From Alphaproteobacteria bacterium (GTDB lineage Bacteria; Pseudomonadota; Alphaproteobacteria; GCA-2731375), in the NCBI GenBank assembly GCA_965232515.1, contig CBDDPY010000002.1, positions 5,760,001 to 5,824,000 of the forward strand: a stretch of 64,000 bases of DNA. The letters run 5' to 3'. The translations under genes and the position numbers were made by a program. Numbering within the stretch: position 1 is the first letter of the stretch; the number at the start of each line of letters is the position of its first letter. Under the pieces are notes generated by a model. The model was given only the letters and a program-made list of their open reading frames with translations, made no database searches and was not told the origin of the DNA. This document shows, one piece after another, positions 58,150-64,000 of this stretch.

Positions 58150-58587
58150 GTGCTGAAGAATATCGATCCGCTGCTGAACGCGGACCTGCTCCACGTGCTG
58201 CGCGCCATGGGGCATGGCGACGAACTGGCCATCGTCGACCGGAACTTTCCGGCGCAGTCGACGGCGCAGCGCCTGGTTCGGCTCGATGGCGTCGGCGTGG
58301 TCGAGGCGGCACGCGCGATCCTGTCGGTTTATCCCGTCGATACCTTCATCGACCCGCCGGTGTTTCGCATGGAGGTCGTGGGCGATCCGCAGACCATCCC
58401 CAACGTGCAGCGCGAGTTTCAGCAGGTGTTGAACGAAGCGGAGGGGCGCGATGTCAGAATCGGCGGCCTCGAGCGTTTCGCCTTCTATGAGCGGACACGG
58501 GACGCCTATGCCGTGGTGGCGACCAGCGAAGACCGCGGCTATGGCTGCCTTCTGTTGAGCAAGGGCATCGTGCCGGGACCGGAATGA
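58150..58587 (+). CDS. RbsD/FucU family pyranase/mutarotase
   Basis: MGHGDELAIVDRNFP, ERFAFYE and YGCLLLSKG. Confidence 0.9.
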   Translation: MLKNIDPLLNADLLHVLRAMGHGDELAIVDRNFPAQSTAQRLVRLDGVGVVEAARAILSVYPVDTFIDPPVFRMEVVGDPQTIPNVQREFQQVLNEAEGRDVRIGGLERFAFYERTRDAYAVVATSEDRGYGCLLLSKGIVPGPE

Positions 58588-59453
58588 TGAACAAGCTGGG
58601 TGTGCATGCGCTGGTCTGGTGCGGCGGCTGGAGCGAGGCGGAAAGCGCGCGGGCGATCGGCGCCACGGCGGAGCTCGGCTACGACCTGATCGAGATTCCG
58701 CTGCTGGATCCGGCGAAGGTCGATTCGGTGCGCACGCGGCAGCAACTCGACGAGTACAAGCTCGCGGCCGTGACGTCGCTGGGCTTGAGCTTCAACGCCG
58801 ACATTTCCAGTCCCGATATCGAGGTCGTGGCGCGCGGCGAGGCGTTGCTGAATGACGCGTTGGCGGTGACCGCGGAACTGGGCGCCGACTACATGGGCGG
58901 CGTGATCTATTCGGCGCTCGGCAAGTATCCGGGGCCGCCGTTGCCCGAGGGGCGGGCAAACTGCGTGGCGGTGCTGACGCGACTCGCCGAGGCCGCCGAC
59001 CGTGCCGGCGTGACGCTGGGGCTGGAACCGGTCAACCGTTACGAGAGCAATCTGATCAATACGGGCGAACAGGCGATGGCGCTGATCGCCGACACCGGCG
59101 CCGACAACATCGTCGTGCACCTCGACAGCTATCACATGAATATCGAGGAGGGGAATCTCGCCCGCGCCGTCGAGGTCTGTGGCGACAAGCTCGGCTATGT
59201 GCATATCGGCGAGAGCCATCGGGGTTATCTCGGCTCCGGCACCATCGACTTCCCGCAGCTGTTCCGTGCCCTCGCCAAGGTTGGCTATGGCGGCGCCATC
59301 ACCTTCGAATCATTTTCGTCCGCCGTGGTCGATCCCTTGCTGTCGAACACGCTCGCCGTCTGGCGCGACGTCTGGACCGACAGCCGCGATCTGGCGGCAG
59401 AGGCAAAGCGGTACATCGAAACACAACTCGAAGCCGCGCGGCACGCGGTGTAA
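58584..59453 (+). CDS. Ketose 3-epimerase family (D-psicose/D-tagatose/L-ribulose 3-epimerase-like)
   Basis: LEPVNRYE, LDSYHMNIEE, HIGESHRG and FESF metal-binding motifs. Confidence 0.88.
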   Translation: MMNKLGVHALVWCGGWSEAESARAIGATAELGYDLIEIPLLDPAKVDSVRTRQQLDEYKLAAVTSLGLSFNADISSPDIEVVARGEALLNDALAVTAELGADYMGGVIYSALGKYPGPPLPEGRANCVAVLTRLAEAADRAGVTLGLEPVNRYESNLINTGEQAMALIADTGADNIVVHLDSYHMNIEEGNLARAVEVCGDKLGYVHIGESHRGYLGSGTIDFPQLFRALAKVGYGGAITFESFSSAVVDPLLSNTLAVWRDVWTDSRDLAAEAKRYIETQLEAARHAV

Positions 59454-59468
59454 TCGTCGGCCCGGGCG

Positions 59469-60536
59469 TTACGAATTGACCAGTGTGACGCCATGATCCG
59501 CAAAGCGGACGGCGATCGCCGTGCCGGATGGGACGGGTGACATTACCTGCTGGCTGACGACAAACAGATCGCCGACCGACGTATCCACGGCGTATTCGAT
59601 ATGCGTGCCGAGGTAGGTGGCTTTGCGGACCACGCCGCTGATGCCGCTATTGTCGGCCGCGTCGGTCAGCAGAATGGAATGTGGGCGGATCGCGACTTGT
59701 GCGCTGCCGGGGGACAGGCCGCGATGCGGCAATTCCAGCTCCATGTCGCCGATCATAACGCGCGCGGTGTCGCCGTTCAGGCTGACGACGTCGACATCAA
59801 CCAGATTCGCGTCGCCGATGAAATCCGCGACGAACAGGTCGGCCGGCTCTTCATAGAGCTCGCGCGGCGTGCCCTGCTGCGCGATCGCCGCGTTGGTCAT
59901 GACGATGATCCGGTCCGATACCGCCAGCGCCTCTTCCTGATCGTGGGTGACGTAGACCGATGTCAGGGCCAGGTTCTGCTGAATGTCGCGAATTTCCTCC
60001 CGCACGCGGCGACGCAGCTTGGCGTCCAGGTTCGACAGGGGCTCGTCGAACAACAGGACCTGCGGTTCGAGGACCAGCGCGCGGGCGACCGCGACACGCT
60101 GCTGCTGACCGCCCGACAGCTCGCTTGGCAGCCGCGCGCCATAGCCGGCCAGTCCGACCAGCGCCAGGCCGTCCTCGGCCTTCTCGCGGGCTTCCGACTT
60201 CGACGCGCCGCTGACGCTGAGGCCGTAGGCGACATTTTCGATCACGCTCATATGCGGGAACAGCGCGTAGGACTGAAATACCATGCTGACATCACGGTTC
60301 GTGGCGGGCAGCAGGGTCACGTCCTGCTCGCCGATCCAGATCCGGCCGCTGGTCGGCATCTCCAGACCGGCGATCATGCGCAGCGTCGTGGTTTTACCGC
60401 AGCCGCTGGGACCCAGAAGCGTGACGAGCGCCCCCGCCTCGACATCGAACGAGACGTTGTCAACGGCGACGGTTTCGCCGAAGGCCTTCGTCACGCCGTC
60501 AAACCGCACGGCGGCCGCTTTGGTCCTGATGTCCAC
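59469..60536 (-). CDS. ABC ATPase, AfuC/FbpC-like
   Basis: GPSGCGKTT, LSGGQQQR and DEPLSNLD. Confidence 0.9.
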   Translation of the reverse strand: MDIRTKAAAVRFDGVTKAFGETVAVDNVSFDVEAGALVTLLGPSGCGKTTTLRMIAGLEMPTSGRIWIGEQDVTLLPATNRDVSMVFQSYALFPHMSVIENVAYGLSVSGASKSEAREKAEDGLALVGLAGYGARLPSELSGGQQQRVAVARALVLEPQVLLFDEPLSNLDAKLRRRVREEIRDIQQNLALTSVYVTHDQEEALAVSDRIIVMTNAAIAQQGTPRELYEEPADLFVADFIGDANLVDVDVVSLNGDTARVMIGDMELELPHRGLSPGSAQVAIRPHSILLTDAADNSGISGVVRKATYLGTHIEYAVDTSVGDLFVVSQQVMSPVPSGTAIAVRFADHGVTLVNS

Positions 60537-60541
60537 GAGTC

Positions 60542-62749
60542 TCAGCCTCCCGCCATGACGGATGCCGGCTGACGCGCATCGCCGCGCCGGCCGATGCGGC
60601 GTTCGCCGACCAGCAGTTGAACGACACCGATGGCCATCAGCATGACCAGGATCAACACCGAGGAATAGGCAATCGACAGTCCGTAGTCGCCGTTCTCGAC
60701 CCGCCCGATGATGTAGGACGTCGCCATGTCGTAATTGGCGCTCACCAGGAAGATGACCGCGCTGATCGCCGTCATGGCGCGGACAAAGCTGAAGACCAGC
60801 GCCGCGACGATCGCCGGCCGCAACAACGGCAGGATGACCTTGCGTATGGTGACCCAGGTATTCGCGCCCAGCGTCAGCGACGCTTCGTCCAGGCTCCTGT
60901 CGAGCTGGCTCATCGAGGCGATGCCGGCGCGCACGCCCACCGGCATGTTGCGGAAGATGAAGCAGATCACCAGGATCACGCCGGTTCCGGTCAATTCGAA
61001 CGGCGGCACGTTGTAGGCCAGCACGTAGCTGACGCCGATCACGGTGCCGGGTATGGCGAAGCTCAGCATGGTGCCGAACTCGAAGCTGTCCTTGCCGGCG
61101 AAGTTCTGCCGTACCAGCAGGTATGCCGTCAGCAGGCCGATGGCCGCGGTCAACGGCGCCGACACGGCGGCGATGGTGATCGTGGTGCCGAAGGAGTTCC
61201 AGGCGGCGCCGCTCCAGACCAGGCCATGCTCGCCCGTGGTGATCGAGAAGGCGTCGAGATAGTGCCGTAGCGTGAAGGAATGATCGCGCCCCCAGGTCTC
61301 GACGAAGCCGCCGAACATGATCATCAAATAGATGATCGCGGTCAGCACGGCCCAGGGGATGGCCGTGCTGAACACCAGCCAGTGCAAGCGTCGCGGCAAT
61401 TGCACATGGATGCCGGCGTCGCCCTTGCCGGTCACCGTGGTGTAGGAGCGCCGGCCCAGCCAGCGGCGTTGCGCGTAGAACGCGGTCAGCGTGAACGCCA
61501 GCAGCACAATGGCCAGGACGGCGGCCTGCCCCTGGTCGTTCTGGGCGCCGACGATGGCGAAAAAGATCTCCGTCGACAGGACGTCGAAATTGCCGCCAAG
61601 CACCAGGGGATTGCCGAAATCGGCCATGCTTTCGATGAAGCCCAGCAGAAAGGCGTTTGCCAGGCCGGGCCGCATCAACGGCAGCGAGACGGTCGTGAAC
61701 GTTTTCCAGCTATCGGCGCGCAGGGTCTGCGCCGCTTCCTCCATGGACGGGCTGACGCCCTCGACGACGCCGATCAGGACCAGGAAGGCGATGGGCGTGA
61801 AGGCCAGCATCTGCGCGAACCAGATGCCGGGCAGGCCATAGATCCAGCGGCTGGCCGGTATGTCGAAGGTGTATTCGAGGAACTGCGTCACCGCGCCGGA
61901 TCGGCCGAACAGCAGGATCACGGCAAGGCCGATGACGAAGGGCGGCGTGATGATGGGCAAGACGGTCAGGACCCGCAACGACCGCTTGGCGCGAAAATTG
62001 GTTCTGGTCGCGATCAGCGCGAAGGCGAGGCCGAGCAACGTCGTGCCGATGCCGACCATGATCGCCAGGATCAGCGAGTTCCAGGCGACGCCGCAACTGA
62101 CGTTGCTGTAGAGGCAGTTCACGCCCCAGATCTTGTCGTCGAACAGCTTCTCGAACAGGATGCCGAGCGAATAGACGCCGTCATTGTCCTGCAGCGCGCT
62201 GGCCAGGATGCGGGTGACGGGGAAAAAGATGAAGGCGGCGACCAGCGCGATGATCAGTCCGATCGATCCGACGACGAAGACGTCGCCGTTCACCGCGCCG
62301 CGCGCGGCGATACCCCGGGTCAGCAGAAACAGGAACGCGCCGCAGACCAGCAGCGCGCCATAGCCCATGCCGAACTGCCGGTCGTCGAGCGGCCCGAACA
62401 TCAGCTCGAACGACGCGAACTCCCAACCGGCGATGCCGATGGCGAAGCCCTGCGCCATCGCATAGGCGAGACCGCCGCCGCCCGCGACCAAAAGCACGGT
62501 CGCGAACAGCGGATCGGTTCTGGAGCGGCCGGCAAGGCCGAGCGGCAACAGCAGAAACACCGCCACCGGAGCAAGCCAGACCTTGCCGCCGGCGAAGACC
62601 TGGACCAGCCCCGGTGCATAGTCGGCATCGAGCGGGTAGCCGTCGAAGACCCAGGCAAAGGCCCAGAAGCCGTCTTCGACGGCATACCAGGGCAGCACGG
62701 CAAAGCCGATACCGCCGACAGCGAGCCAAAGGACGACCGATCTATCCAT
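60542..62749 (-). CDS. ABC permease, AfuB/FbpB-like (duplicated, with N-terminal extension)
   Basis: Two EAA loops (MEEAAQTLRA, LDEASLTLGA), ITPPFV and ADFGNP. Confidence 0.9.
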   Translation of the reverse strand: MDRSVVLWLAVGGIGFAVLPWYAVEDGFWAFAWVFDGYPLDADYAPGLVQVFAGGKVWLAPVAVFLLLPLGLAGRSRTDPLFATVLLVAGGGGLAYAMAQGFAIGIAGWEFASFELMFGPLDDRQFGMGYGALLVCGAFLFLLTRGIAARGAVNGDVFVVGSIGLIIALVAAFIFFPVTRILASALQDNDGVYSLGILFEKLFDDKIWGVNCLYSNVSCGVAWNSLILAIMVGIGTTLLGLAFALIATRTNFRAKRSLRVLTVLPIITPPFVIGLAVILLFGRSGAVTQFLEYTFDIPASRWIYGLPGIWFAQMLAFTPIAFLVLIGVVEGVSPSMEEAAQTLRADSWKTFTTVSLPLMRPGLANAFLLGFIESMADFGNPLVLGGNFDVLSTEIFFAIVGAQNDQGQAAVLAIVLLAFTLTAFYAQRRWLGRRSYTTVTGKGDAGIHVQLPRRLHWLVFSTAIPWAVLTAIIYLMIMFGGFVETWGRDHSFTLRHYLDAFSITTGEHGLVWSGAAWNSFGTTITIAAVSAPLTAAIGLLTAYLLVRQNFAGKDSFEFGTMLSFAIPGTVIGVSYVLAYNVPPFELTGTGVILVICFIFRNMPVGVRAGIASMSQLDRSLDEASLTLGANTWVTIRKVILPLLRPAIVAALVFSFVRAMTAISAVIFLVSANYDMATSYIIGRVENGDYGLSIAYSSVLILVMLMAIGVVQLLVGERRIGRRGDARQPASVMAGG

Positions 62750-62787
62750 CGCCCGTCAGACGCCCGGGCCAAGCCATGTTCGGCGGC

Positions 62788-63822
62788 TCAACGTGGCAGC
62801 GACTTCACCTCATCGTCCCACTTCTTCAGCAGCCGGCGGCGTTCGGCCGACGAGCCGTATTTCTTGAAGTCGTAGTCGATCAGCTTGATCTGATCGAGGT
62901 TCGGCGCTTCCGGCGGCGGCACGGCGGCCTGGTTCGACATCACCTGATAGGCCTTGGCCTCCTTCGCCCGCATCTGGATCTCCTTGCGCAGCGCGAAGTC
63001 ATAGAACTTCTTGGCGCTGTCCAGGTTGCGCGCGCCCTTGATGATGCTCATCGAACCGATCTCGTAGCCGGTGCCCTCGCAGGGCGCGACGATCTCGATC
63101 GGAAACCCCTTCACGACCTGCGTCACCATGTCGTGCATGAAGGTGATGGCCAGGGTCGTTTCGCCGCGCGCCGCCGCCTTGATCGGCGCCGAGCCTGACT
63201 TGGTGTACTGGTTGATGTTCTTGTGCAGACCCTTCATGAAGTCGAAGCCCTTGTCCTCGCCGAAGATCTGCACGATCGTCGCCAGCGTCGTGTAGGCGGT
63301 GCCGGACGAGTTCGGGTTGGCCATCTGGACCTCGCCCTTGTAGACCGGCTTGGTCAGGTCGTCCCAGCATGTGGGCGCGGGCAGGCCTTTCGATTTCAGC
63401 AGTTCCGCGTTGTAGCCGATGCCGAGGCCGCCGGCATAGATCCCGACCGTCTTGTCGCCGGCCGCCTTTGCCTGCCTTTGCGCCCAGTCGTGCAGCTGGT
63501 CGAACATCGGCGACACATACGGCTGGGTCAGGCCTTCCTCGGCCGCCTGCAGGTGCGGATCGCCGGTGCCGCCCCACCAGACGTCGCCCTTCGGATTGCG
63601 CGCCTCGGCCTTGATCTGCGCGAAGGTCTCGCCGGAGCTTTTTCGCGTCATCGCGACCTTGATGCCGGTCTCCTTCTCGAAGGCCTCGACCATCAGATTG
63701 CACCATTCGATCTGCGGGCTGCAGTAAAGGGTCAGTTTGTCGGCCGCCAGAGCGGACAATGTGAGACCGGCCAGCGATATGCCGGCGGCCAGTGCCGTCC
63801 AAAGTTGGGTCTTCATGGTCAT
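62788..63822 (-). CDS. ABC substrate-binding protein, AfuA-like (sugar-phosphate/iron family)
   Basis: Signal peptide; RKSSGE, DVWWGGTGDPH, NPNSSGTAY and EGTGYEIG. Confidence 0.88.
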   Translation of the reverse strand: MTMKTQLWTALAAGISLAGLTLSALAADKLTLYCSPQIEWCNLMVEAFEKETGIKVAMTRKSSGETFAQIKAEARNPKGDVWWGGTGDPHLQAAEEGLTQPYVSPMFDQLHDWAQRQAKAAGDKTVGIYAGGLGIGYNAELLKSKGLPAPTCWDDLTKPVYKGEVQMANPNSSGTAYTTLATIVQIFGEDKGFDFMKGLHKNINQYTKSGSAPIKAAARGETTLAITFMHDMVTQVVKGFPIEIVAPCEGTGYEIGSMSIIKGARNLDSAKKFYDFALRKEIQMRAKEAKAYQVMSNQAAVPPPEAPNLDQIKLIDYDFKKYGSSAERRRLLKKWDDEVKSLPR

Positions 63823-63927
63823 GACGTCTCCTCCGCTGTTCTATTGTTGTCCGCTGCCGTCGCGTCGGCAGCGGTTGGCATCATTCGTTTTGGCCTTGTC
63901 GACCGTTAAAACGGTATCGCCAGGTCA

Positions 63928-63967
63928 TGTTCAAAAAATCGTCATAAATATGCAACAAATCTGTTTT
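63928..63967 (+). promoter_or_regulatory. Pho-box-like 11-bp tandem repeats upstream of a gene starting at 63990
   Basis: ATGTTCA-AAAA / TCGTCAT-AAAT / ATGCAAC-AAAT / CTGTTTT, then GGAGG (63976) and ATG (63990). Confidence 0.4.
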
Positions 63968-64000
63968 GCCAGACTGGAGGTCGCGGCCCATGACTGAGGA

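Noticed and set aside
1-64000. tRNA, rRNA, riboswitch, integrase or prophage genes
   Set aside because: None recognised by eye; a tRNAscan/Rfam run would be needed to exclude small RNAs. The many Arg/Ala-rich antisense ORFs are shadows of real genes.

Overview
High-GC, alphaproteobacterial-looking chromosomal window (taxon inferred from gene content and CGTC-type palindromic repeats). It holds mostly accessory metabolic and transport genes: a hydantoinase/DUF917/AroM/peptide-ABC catabolic locus, an isolated ptxD-ptxE phosphite-oxidation pair, a WYL/VOC module, a P450, acoABC, an mtnK-linked pentose uptake and catabolism cluster, and an AfuABC/FbpABC-like transporter. It also has several lower-GC patches with gene remnants (IS5, coq7-like, ada-like) and many intergenic palindromic repeats. 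The most striking feature is one 633-aa ORF (40759-42660, minus strand) built from three tandem units of [signal peptide - homologous Cys-paired domain - PEP-CTERM sorting signal]. It looks like a PEP-CTERM polyprotein that signal peptidase I and exosortase could cut into three separate surface proteins. It is driven from a mirror-image divergent promoter pair next to a GNAT and an XRE-cupin regulator. All product calls are from motif recognition by eye; no database searches were run.
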